A stretch of 46,883 nt of DNA from Acidimicrobiia bacterium (GTDB taxonomy: Bacteria > Actinomycetota > Acidimicrobiia > Spongiisociales > JAENVV01): assembly GCA_041577335.1 (NCBI GenBank), contig JBFGJH010000019.1:1-46883 (forward strand), read 5' to 3'. Made by a program: the position numbers and the translations under genes. Under the pieces are notes generated by a model. That model did not search any database. It saw nothing but the letters and a program-made list of their open reading frames with translations, and was not told the origin of the DNA. Positions 39,907 through 46,883 of this stretch are shown here, piece by piece (the first letter of the stretch is position 1; every line of letters starts with the position of its first letter).

Positions 39907-40218
39907 ATGCGGGAAGAGATATCGACAGCTGAGCGCTGGCGGGCAGAGGGGAAGCAAGTGGCGGTGGCGACCGTGGTGCGAGTTCAAGGGTCGGCGCCCC
40001 GATCCGAGGGCGCCAAGTTCCTGGTTTCGTCGGGCGGAGACATGGAAGGGTCGGTGAGCGGCGGCTGCGTCGAGAACGACGTGTTCCTCCACGCCCAACA
40101 AGTGATCGAAACCCACGAGCCGAAGCTGGTCACGTATGGCATCGCCGATGAAGATGCGTTCGAAGTCGGGCTGGCCTGTGGTGGCACCATCCAAGTGTTC
40201 ATAGAGCCATGGGACTAG
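39907..40218 (+). CDS. XdhC/CoxI N-terminal-type molybdoenzyme maturation protein
   Basis: [36 protein letters not shown]. Confidence 0.85.
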   Translation: MREEISTAERWRAEGKQVAVATVVRVQGSAPRSEGAKFLVSSGGDMEGSVSGGCVENDVFLHAQQVIETHEPKLVTYGIADEDAFEVGLACGGTIQVFIEPWD

Positions 40219-40973
40219 CGCCGGTCGAGGCGGCCGTCCGGGCTGCTCTCGACGAGGAGCGCCTGGCAGCTGTCCTCACAGTCGTGGAAGGATCCGACGT
40301 CGGCACCAAGGCAGTCGTCGAGTACGACGAGGGCCCTGTGGCGGGCACGCTCGATGTTGGAGCGGACCTTCTCGCCGATGCACGCTCGTTGATGGAGCGA
40401 GAGCAGAACCGAACTCTCGCCTACGGCGACCGAGAGATCTTCATCGAGACGCTTGCCCCGCCGCCGCATCTGGTCATCTTCGGAGCAGTACACGTTGCCC
40501 AAGCCTTGACCGAGCTGGCGGCACGACTTGGATATAGGGTCGTCGTTTCGGATGCCAGAGAGGCGTTCACGACGCCGGAGAGGTTTCCAGCCGCTGCCGA
40601 GGTGCTGGTGGGGTGGCCAGATGAAATCGAAGACCGATTGGTGATCGACCGGCGCACCTATGTCGTCCTCCTCTCCCACGATGCTCGCTTCGAAGATCCG
40701 GTGCTGCCGATGGTCCTGGCCAGCCCCGCCAAGTACATCGGGGCGATGGGGAGCAGGCGCACCCACGCCAAACGCGTCGAGAAACTCGCACGGGCCGGCT
40801 ACAGCGAAGACGACATCGCCCGGATACACGGCCCGGTGGGTCTCGATATCGGAGCGGAGACACCCGAAGAAACGGCCGTGTCGATCTTGGCCGAGATGAT
40901 CCAGGTGCGGTATGGCTCCGGCGACGGGCTGTCTCTGCGAGGCTCGTCGGGACCCATCCACCAGCGCGAATAG
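40209..40973 (+). CDS. XdhC C-terminal (Rossmann) domain maturation protein
   Basis: [46 protein letters not shown]. Confidence 0.85.
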   Translation: MGLAPVEAAVRAALDEERLAAVLTVVEGSDVGTKAVVEYDEGPVAGTLDVGADLLADARSLMEREQNRTLAYGDREIFIETLAPPPHLVIFGAVHVAQALTELAARLGYRVVVSDAREAFTTPERFPAAAEVLVGWPDEIEDRLVIDRRTYVVLLSHDARFEDPVLPMVLASPAKYIGAMGSRRTHAKRVEKLARAGYSEDDIARIHGPVGLDIGAETPEETAVSILAEMIQVRYGSGDGLSLRGSSGPIHQRE

Positions 40974-41131
40974 GTGCGGCTCCGCTCAAGATCGGGCCGA
41001 CTGCGCCCCAGCGCCGCTCCGATGCAGCTTGTCGAGCAACGGCGCGCGGTCTGCCGTGAGCCACGAGTCGTGAGTCGCCACGCCGAGCCAACCTTGGTGG
41101 TGCAGGCGGGGCCGAAGTACCATCGCTCGGC

Positions 41132-41728
41132 ATGTACACCGCTGCCCTTGTTCTCGCTGCCGGCTCTTCGTCGCGCCTGGGTTCGTCGAAGCAGCTGCTC
41201 GACTGGGGTGGGCGACCGCTCCTCGAATACGTTGTGGCTGGGGTGTCTGAGTGGCAGGTCGACGAAGTCTGGGTGGTGTTGGGCCACGAGGCAGACAAGG
41301 TCATGGACGCCTGCGACTTCGGTGCCGCCAACGTCGTTATCAACGAGGACTACGCCGACGGCCTGGCCTCCTCATTGAGTGTTGGTCTCGATGCACTGAT
41401 GCAGGATGGCAAGGCCGAGCGGGCCGTGATCGCCCTGGGCGACCAGCCGACCATTGATCCGCTGGTTGTGGCTGAACTGCTGGAGCGCCACGCCAAGAGC
41501 CGTCGAATGGCGGCGGTTCCTCGATACCGGTATACCCGCTCGAATCCCGTCGTCGTCGATCGAACGTTGTTCACACGACTCATGAGCCTCGAAGGAGATC
41601 TCGGGGCTCGCCAGCTACTTCAGGCCCACCCCGATTGGGTTGAGGAGGTACTGTTCGAGCGGATGCCTCCGCGTGACATCGACACGCGGACAGATGTAGA
41701 AGAAATGCGGCCGAGGAGCCCGGGATGA
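41132..41728 (+). CDS. mocA: Molybdenum cofactor cytidylyltransferase-like nucleotidyltransferase
   Basis: VLAAGSSSRLGSSKQLL, GLASSL, LGDQP, GDLGAR, DIDT. Confidence 0.82.
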   Translation: MYTAALVLAAGSSSRLGSSKQLLDWGGRPLLEYVVAGVSEWQVDEVWVVLGHEADKVMDACDFGAANVVINEDYADGLASSLSVGLDALMQDGKAERAVIALGDQPTIDPLVVAELLERHAKSRRMAAVPRYRYTRSNPVVVDRTLFTRLMSLEGDLGARQLLQAHPDWVEEVLFERMPPRDIDTRTDVEEMRPRSPG

Positions 41729-42288
41729 AAATCACACAAGAATTCCAAGTCGGTAAACCCGTGAGCTCGGTATGGGACTTCTTTCAAGATATCCCTGCTG
41801 TTGCCCAATGCCTCCCCGGAGCCGAGCTGACCACCGACCACGGCGATGGCACCTACGAAGGCACCCTCGAAGCCAAACTCGGGCCAATGACCGCAAAGTT
41901 CGAAGGCAAGGCGAAGGTCACAACCGATAGCACCGCGCAGTCGGGACACATCGAAGGCCAAGGCGCCGACAAGCGCGGCGGCAGTCGCGGCCAGGTGAAG
42001 GTCGACTACCAGCTCGAGGCTGTCGAGTCGGGAACCAGCGTCACGGTCGAAGCCGACGTGACCTTGTCCGGCGCGGCAGCCCAGTTCGGGCGGACCGGGC
42101 TCATCAAGGAGATGTCGAATCGGTTGGTCGCCGAATTCGTGGAATGCCTCGAGGCCAAACTCGGCGCTGAGACAGATGCCGAGGCAGCGGAGATTGCTGC
42201 CGGCGAGGTCAAGGGCGCCACCCTGTTCTTGTCGAGCATCTGGGCTGCGATCGTGAACTTCTTCAAGCGTCTCTTGGGCAGGGAGTAG
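41725..42288 (+). CDS. coxG: CoxG/SRPBCC family protein
   Basis: VAQCLPGA, KLGPM, LSGAAAQFGR, C-terminal amphipathic anchor. Confidence 0.85.
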   Translation: MKITQEFQVGKPVSSVWDFFQDIPAVAQCLPGAELTTDHGDGTYEGTLEAKLGPMTAKFEGKAKVTTDSTAQSGHIEGQGADKRGGSRGQVKVDYQLEAVESGTSVTVEADVTLSGAAAQFGRTGLIKEMSNRLVAEFVECLEAKLGAETDAEAAEIAAGEVKGATLFLSSIWAAIVNFFKRLLGRE

Positions 42289-42411
42289 GTCAGAAGACTC
42301 AATCCTTTCGGGGTTTTCCCACTCTCGCTCACCCTGAGATCGGGACTGTTATTCTCCTCGATCGTGCGCTCCTCACAGCGCCAGGGACGACAGAATCGCG
42401 AAGGGACAACT

Positions 42412-42816
42412 ATGCCGTCGATCGACGCCATCGAAGGGATGGGCCAGCGCAACGCAACCAAGATGCGCAAAGCCGGCATTCGAACGACCGAGGCATTGCT
42501 GAAGCGGGCGGCTTCCCGGAAGGGTCGGAGGGACTTGGCCGCCATCACGGGACTCGACGAGAAACAAATCCTCATCTGGGTCAATCGGGCAGATCTGATG
42601 CGCTGCAAGGGCATCGGCTCGGAGTACTCGGACCTGCTGGAGGCAGCCGGCGTGGACACCGTGAAAGAGCTTCGCCGTCGCAACCCCATATCCCTCACCG
42701 CCAAGATGATCACGCTCAACGAGCAGAAGCGCCTCGTCCGACGCCTCCCAACCGAAGCCATGGTTGGTCGCTGGGTTGAGCACGCCAAGACCCTCGAGCC
42801 GGTGGTCACGCATTGA
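42412..42816 (+). CDS. DUF4332 family HhH-domain protein
   Basis: IEGMG, WVNRADLMRCKGIGSEYSDLLEAAGVDTVKELRRRNP, VRRLP, WVEHAK. Confidence 0.85.
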   Translation: MPSIDAIEGMGQRNATKMRKAGIRTTEALLKRAASRKGRRDLAAITGLDEKQILIWVNRADLMRCKGIGSEYSDLLEAAGVDTVKELRRRNPISLTAKMITLNEQKRLVRRLPTEAMVGRWVEHAKTLEPVVTH

Positions 42817-42922
42817 TTTCGGCCCGATCATGATCGGGCCGAGTTGATCGTGCGGCCCTTGGGCCGCGCTGATGTTGTCGGCACGCCGTACACGCCGCCG
42901 TGGCTCCAGGATGAGCGGGCGC

Positions 42923-42954
42923 GCGAAGGCCCGCCCTCGAGGGCGGGCCTTCGC
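42923..42954. terminator. GC-rich hairpin terminator between convergent genes
   Basis: GCGAAGGCCCGCCC-TCGA-GGGCGGGCCTTCGC perfect stem. Confidence 0.75.
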
Positions 42955-42967
42955 CGGGTTGGTTGGG

Positions 42968-43603
42968 CTACTTCTTGGCGGCTGATGCCTTCGCAGGAGC
43001 CTTTTTGGCCATCTGGGCAGCTTCGGCGATCCACTCAGCGGCGCGAACCTCACTGGTTCCAGCGATCTCGGCGATCTCGGCGGCGGACCTTTCGGTCACT
43101 CCGCGCCACGTCGTGATCTTTGCGGCATTGAGACGGTCAGCAAAGGCCGGTCCAATCCCGTCGATCGCAGTCAAGTCGTCGGCCTTCGGTTGGGCTGCCT
43201 TCTTGGCAGACTTGGCCACGACCTCGACCTTCTCGGCGACCTTCACGGCATCGGCACGCTCGGGCAAGAAGTTTGCCCGCCACGTCTCGAGCATGTCCTC
43301 GAGCTGGTGGCGAAGCTTGCCGACCTGCTCCTGGAACTGGTCGACGTTGGCGCGGGACGTGATGTCCTCGACCATGTTGCGATCCTGGAGACGGTCGACG
43401 AGTGCTTCGCCTTCCGCAACCCAGGCATCGAACTCTGCGCGAATGTCCTTGATTGCCTTGTCACGACGTCCTGTGAAGCGTGTGCTCGCATCGGCCCACT
43501 TATCACCGACAACCTTGGTTGCACGGGCGGGGGCGCCGATGGCGGCGTACAGGGCCTTGTGGGCAGCTTCTTGCGCTCTTTCTGCGCTTTTCATTTCGGC
43601 CAC
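42968..43603 (-). CDS. HbhA/TadA(MLDS)-like helical protein with C-terminal HhH motif and Lys/Ala tail
   Basis: KALYAAIGA N-terminal motif, amphipathic coiled coil, DDLTAIDGIGPAFADRL HhH, AKKAPAKASAAKK; AAAGGAGG RBS; follows an Rv0474-like regulator. Confidence 0.6.
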   Translation of the reverse strand: MAEMKSAERAQEAAHKALYAAIGAPARATKVVGDKWADASTRFTGRRDKAIKDIRAEFDAWVAEGEALVDRLQDRNMVEDITSRANVDQFQEQVGKLRHQLEDMLETWRANFLPERADAVKVAEKVEVVAKSAKKAAQPKADDLTAIDGIGPAFADRLNAAKITTWRGVTERSAAEIAEIAGTSEVRAAEWIAEAAQMAKKAPAKASAAKK

Positions 43604-43622
43604 GAGGGGCCTCCTTTCGGTT

Positions 43623-44000
43623 CTATCTGGTTGGTTCGACTTCGCTCGACTCCACCAATGTTCGGTAGAGCTCGAGCAAGACCTGTTTCTGACGCGGTGT
43701 GAGGCGTTCGTCGGCCTCGACCGACTTGCGCACCGACGGGGCAGTGTCTCCGTCGTCGAGGAGCCCGGCCTGGATGTAGAGCGATTCGGCCTGTATCGAC
43801 AGGCCGCGGGCCAGTGCTTTGAGAATCTCAGCGGAAGGCTTTCGGAGGCCCCGTTCGATTTGGCTCAGGTAGGGATTGGAGATCCCCGCCTTGTCGGCCA
43901 GGCGCCGCAGAGACATCTTGGACCGCTCCCGCTGCTGACGGATGAACGTTCCGATGTGGGTTGCCTGCTCGACCGTTTCCTTGTCACTCATTGCTTGCAT
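43623..44000 (-). CDS. XRE-family HTH regulator (Rv0474/MLDSR-like)
   Basis: IGTFIRQQR...SLRRLADKAGISNPYLSQIERGLRKPSAEIL...ESLYIQAGLL...LT.RQKQVLLELY. Confidence 0.88.
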   Translation of the reverse strand: MQAMSDKETVEQATHIGTFIRQQRERSKMSLRRLADKAGISNPYLSQIERGLRKPSAEILKALARGLSIQAESLYIQAGLLDDGDTAPSVRKSVEADERLTPRQKQVLLELYRTLVESSEVEPTR

Positions 44001-44011
44001 AATAACTCGTT

Positions 44012-44068
44012 TTGCTAACTATTGCAAGCGTTAGCGAGAGAACGCAAAGCGGTTGCAGAAGCTAGCAA
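44012..44068. promoter_or_regulatory. Three phased T(T/A)GC-N8-GCAA palindromes, candidate XRE operators
   Basis: TTGCtaactattGCAA 44012-44027, TAGCgagagaacGCAA 44032-44047, TTGCagaagctaGCAA 44053-44068. Confidence 0.6.
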
Positions 44069-44115
44069 TACGTGGATTGCCTGGGCGGTCGGAGGATGGC
44101 GGTCAGAAGATGCGG

Positions 44116-45246
44116 TCAGAAGATACTGTCGCGGCGTGCCAGGGTGCGATCCAGGGCAGTTTGGATCCGGCCTCGCACCTCTTCGGAGAGCTCCAACACG
44201 GTGAGGCGATCGGGGCGGTCCGTGGCAGGTCCGACGTCGATCGGCTCGAGAAACTCGATGTACCACTTCACGGGAAGCGGTAGCGGGTTGATGAAGACCG
44301 CCATCTCCTCAACACGTTGTTGCGGGAAAACCATCCTCACGAGGGCGGCCAGTCGTTTCGATGTGAAGAGAACGGGATGGACTTCTTCGGAACCGACGAT
44401 GGCTACCGGGATGATCGGAGCTCCCGCTCGCATGGCCAGATCGACGAATCCGCCGCGTCCGAATCTCTGCGTCGTGTATGCGTCTCGCTGAGCCTTCTGG
44501 AATCCAGCTACCCCCTCAGGAAACACACCCAGCAGGTGACCGTTGCCGAGGATCCACTGGGCGTCTTCGCGTGATGCGTATGCGCCCCCTGCTTTTCGGT
44601 ACCAATGGGACACGAAGGGAACCATGTTGAGGATTTCAGTGCCGACCGTGCGGACTCGGCGCGGGGTTGGGGCCTCGTTGGCCACGGCGGCGGACATCAT
44701 CACGGCGTCGTAGGGGAGGGCAGCGCCGGCATGATTGGCCGCCAACACGGCGGCACCCGACCCGGGTATGTGCTCGGTACCGGTGACGTCGACCCGGAAG
44801 TAGTCGCGATACAGGAAGTTGATGATGTGCCACATCATTTCGGCTGCGACCGGATCCAACCCGAGGGGGTCGGTGTCATACATCCCCAGTGCCAACTGGC
44901 GGAGCAGTTCGGGCCAGGTGTCGAAGCCCACCCGGCCGGCGATCGGAATCACTCGGTCGAACAGGTCAACATCGGAGTGCAGGACACAGCGCGAACCGCC
45001 CTCCAGGACAGGCAGGCCGCACCGGTTGCCGCGCTCCGATTGATGCCCACAACGGGGGGCGGCGTCAGGTCGGCTTGGCGAAGCTTCGACGTGGGGATCC
45101 CCGTCGGAAAGGTCGAGGTGGTCGAGCACGGCTGCCAACAGCTCGTCTTTGGACATCGTCGAGCGGCCAGAAATGCCGGCAGCTCGCGCCAAACCCAAGA
45201 GATCGTTCCGCGTGAGCCGGCCGAGGAGGTCGACGACGCCGCTCAT
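44116..45246 (-). CDS. Lysophospholipid/glycerolipid acyltransferase (Rv0502-like) with N-terminal Rho-N-like and Cys3His extension
   Basis: YFRVDVTG.EHIP, ANHAGAALPYD (HxxxxD-like), GVFPEG, RFGRGGF, PIIPVAIVGSEE, PLPLPVKW; ATG 45246 overlaps the upstream TGA. Confidence 0.85.
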   Translation of the reverse strand: MSGVVDLLGRLTRNDLLGLARAAGISGRSTMSKDELLAAVLDHLDLSDGDPHVEASPSRPDAAPRCGHQSERGNRCGLPVLEGGSRCVLHSDVDLFDRVIPIAGRVGFDTWPELLRQLALGMYDTDPLGLDPVAAEMMWHIINFLYRDYFRVDVTGTEHIPGSGAAVLAANHAGAALPYDAVMMSAAVANEAPTPRRVRTVGTEILNMVPFVSHWYRKAGGAYASREDAQWILGNGHLLGVFPEGVAGFQKAQRDAYTTQRFGRGGFVDLAMRAGAPIIPVAIVGSEEVHPVLFTSKRLAALVRMVFPQQRVEEMAVFINPLPLPVKWYIEFLEPIDVGPATDRPDRLTVLELSEEVRGRIQTALDRTLARRDSIF

Positions 45247-46169
45247 ACCTTCGCTCCGGCGAAGAGATCGAGCATTGCTTCGCGGGTCGTGCGGGCCGGG
45301 GTGAAGCCGAGGACATCCCGCATGCGATCGGTCTCGCAATACCGGCCGTACTTCAAGAGCTCGGCGAGGTGGTCGGGGAGCGGCTCGCCGGCCACTCCCA
45401 AGGTCTTGCGGACGCGACGCAGCTTGCCGGGAGGCAACGGTTGGGCGAGTTTGCGCCCCAGTCGCAAACCCCGATGGAGATAGATGGAGCCGGCCCCGGC
45501 GATATTGAATATGCCAGGTACCTCCGACGACGCCGCGGTCAACATGGCGGTCACGGCGTCGTTCTCGGCGAGAAGCTGGAGACGCGGGTCGTACCCCAGT
45601 GACGTCGGGACCACCGGACGGGTCAGGTAGGCGCTCAGCGGGTTGGCGATCGTTGGACCGATGATGCTGGCCAGACGTAACACCGTGAACGTCTTGTCGG
45701 GAAACTCTCGGTCGAGCTCGGTGACGAACTGCTCGATCTCGCGAAGATTGCGCTCGTACCTGGTAGCGCTTCCGGTGATACGCGTCGCTTCACTCAACAC
45801 CGACGCGTGCCGCGGTCCTGTGGAGTAAATGGCAGTGTCGCTCTTGACAACGACGTGGCGAACCCGCTTCGAGCGTCCGATGGCGCCAAACAGTGCTTGG
45901 GCGCCGAGCACCGCCCCTTCTCGCGCCCGGGCGCGGCCCAGCTCGGCGGTCCGGTCCAATGTCTGCAGGTGAAGCACGATGGTGGGATCGATCTTGAGCA
46001 GGAAGTGGGCGAACTCGAGTGAGTCCAACGAATAGCGATGGAACTCGGCATCGAAGTCGAGTCGAGGGCGCACTTCGTCGACGGCGATGACATCGGCTCG
46101 ATATTGCAGCGCCTGAACACATTGACCGCCGACCCAGCTCCCGGCGCCCGTTACCAATACCCGTTCCAT
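45243..46169 (-). CDS. NAD-dependent epimerase/dehydratase family protein (Rv0501-like)
   Basis: VLVTGAGSWVG, KSDTAIY, VLRLASIIGP, VPTSLGYDPRLQLL, GIFNIAG. Confidence 0.82.
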   Translation of the reverse strand: MERVLVTGAGSWVGGQCVQALQYRADVIAVDEVRPRLDFDAEFHRYSLDSLEFAHFLLKIDPTIVLHLQTLDRTAELGRARAREGAVLGAQALFGAIGRSKRVRHVVVKSDTAIYSTGPRHASVLSEATRITGSATRYERNLREIEQFVTELDREFPDKTFTVLRLASIIGPTIANPLSAYLTRPVVPTSLGYDPRLQLLAENDAVTAMLTAASSEVPGIFNIAGAGSIYLHRGLRLGRKLAQPLPPGKLRRVRKTLGVAGEPLPDHLAELLKYGRYCETDRMRDVLGFTPARTTREAMLDLFAGAKV

Positions 46170-46299
46170 GTAGGAAGACGATACCGTCCTCCGGCGGAGG
46201 CTCGGCCGTGTGGTCTCACGGGAATGGCCGACACAACGTGCGTCGCCTGGCCGCATCCTTGGTCGGCGGAGCGGCCGACGGCGGCGGTACGCTCTCCTG

Positions 46300-46560
46300 A
46301 TGCAATCAATTGTTCTCGAAATCCCACGCTATTCCGAGCCAGACTGGCTCGAAGAGGTTGTGCACGAGTTCACCGAGGACCCGTACTGTGTGACGCTGCT
46401 GCTCGGCGCGGACGAGGACACGGTGATGCTCGTTACTATCTGGGCCGACGCGGTCGCTGCCGAAGTGGAGGCGGGGCTGCGCGGCCTGACAGATGCAACG
46501 GCGCGGGTTCGCCGGTTCGAGCTTTCCATTCCCGACAAAGCCCTGGAGATTCCCCAATGA
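46300..46560 (+). CDS. Small hypothetical protein, possibly ABM/dimeric alpha-beta barrel fold
   Basis: TACGCT -10 six nt before ATG; acidic 86-aa product with VMLVTIW and VRRFE; stop overlaps the aroF ATG. Confidence 0.5.
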   Translation: MQSIVLEIPRYSEPDWLEEVVHEFTEDPYCVTLLLGADEDTVMLVTIWADAVAAEVEAGLRGLTDATARVRRFELSIPDKALEIPQ

Positions 46561-46883
46561 GTGCAGTGATGATCGTCATGAAGGCGAACGCCACCGACGA
46601 GGATGTCTCCGCGGTCACCGAAAGGCTGGCAACGATTGGATGCGAGGCCCACGTCAGCCGCGGCCAGTCCCGCACGATGATCGGTGCGATCGGAGACGAC
46701 GCCAAGATCCAACAACTCCCGTGGGAAGCAATGAGTGGTGTCGAACGGGCAGTCCCGGTGCTCAAGTCGTTCAAGTTCGTGAGCAGGGAGTTCCAAACAG
46801 ACAACACCGTCATCGACGTCGGTGGCGTGAAAATCGGTGGAGGAGCGTTCACCGTCATCGCTGGTCCGTGTGCGGTAGAGAGC
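46557..46883 (+). CDS. aroF: 3-deoxy-7-phosphoheptulonate (DAHP) synthase type I-beta, partial
   Basis: Manual translation MSAVMIVMKANAT...RTMIGAIGD...FKFVSREFQ..NTVIDVGGVKIGGGAFTVIAGPCAVES; N-terminal regulatory domain plus IAGPCAVES motif. Confidence 0.9.
   Translation, partial: MSAVMIVMKANATDEDVSAVTERLATIGCEAHVSRGQSRTMIGAIGDDAKIQQLPWEAMSGVERAVPVLKSFKFVSREFQTDNTVIDVGGVKIGGGAFTVIAGPCAVES

Overview
GC-rich bacterial chromosomal segment. Gene content suggests Actinomycetota, probably Acidimicrobiia (inference from clpS-DUF2017, Rv0474/HbhA-like and Rv0501/Rv0502-like pairs, SLH-anchored surface proteins and many apparently leaderless genes). About 50 CDS, mostly housekeeping or metabolic: a partial acyl-CoA carboxylase beta subunit, serA-serC-DUF1015, two SLH surface proteins, trpB2, a RimB-like protease-rimK-M14 deacylase triad, udk-proC-bcp, pspA with an unusual upstream partner, an EtfD/FadF-like Fe-S oxidoreductase, GH13, pheA, clpS, an RlmD-like methyltransferase, a form II cox-type (AYRGAGR) molybdenum hydroxylase SLM cluster with coxD/E/G, split XdhC and MocA, hsp20 and a partial aroF. 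I found no tRNA, rRNA, CRISPR array, transposase or integrase. Most interesting: (1) a membrane-spanning HD-GYP phosphodiesterase fused to extracellular Ig/cadherin-like repeats; (2) a candidate lipid-droplet/DNA-tethering module (acyltransferase with a Rho-N-like and Cys/His extension, XRE regulator with three phased operators, HbhA/MLDS-like protein carrying an HhH motif); (3) a DUF1015 ParB/SerK-like protein in the position of serB; (4) dispersed intergenic palindrome and heptamer repeat families; (5) a leaderless 12-codon uORF coupled to udk. All assignments come from motif recognition by eye; no database searches were run.
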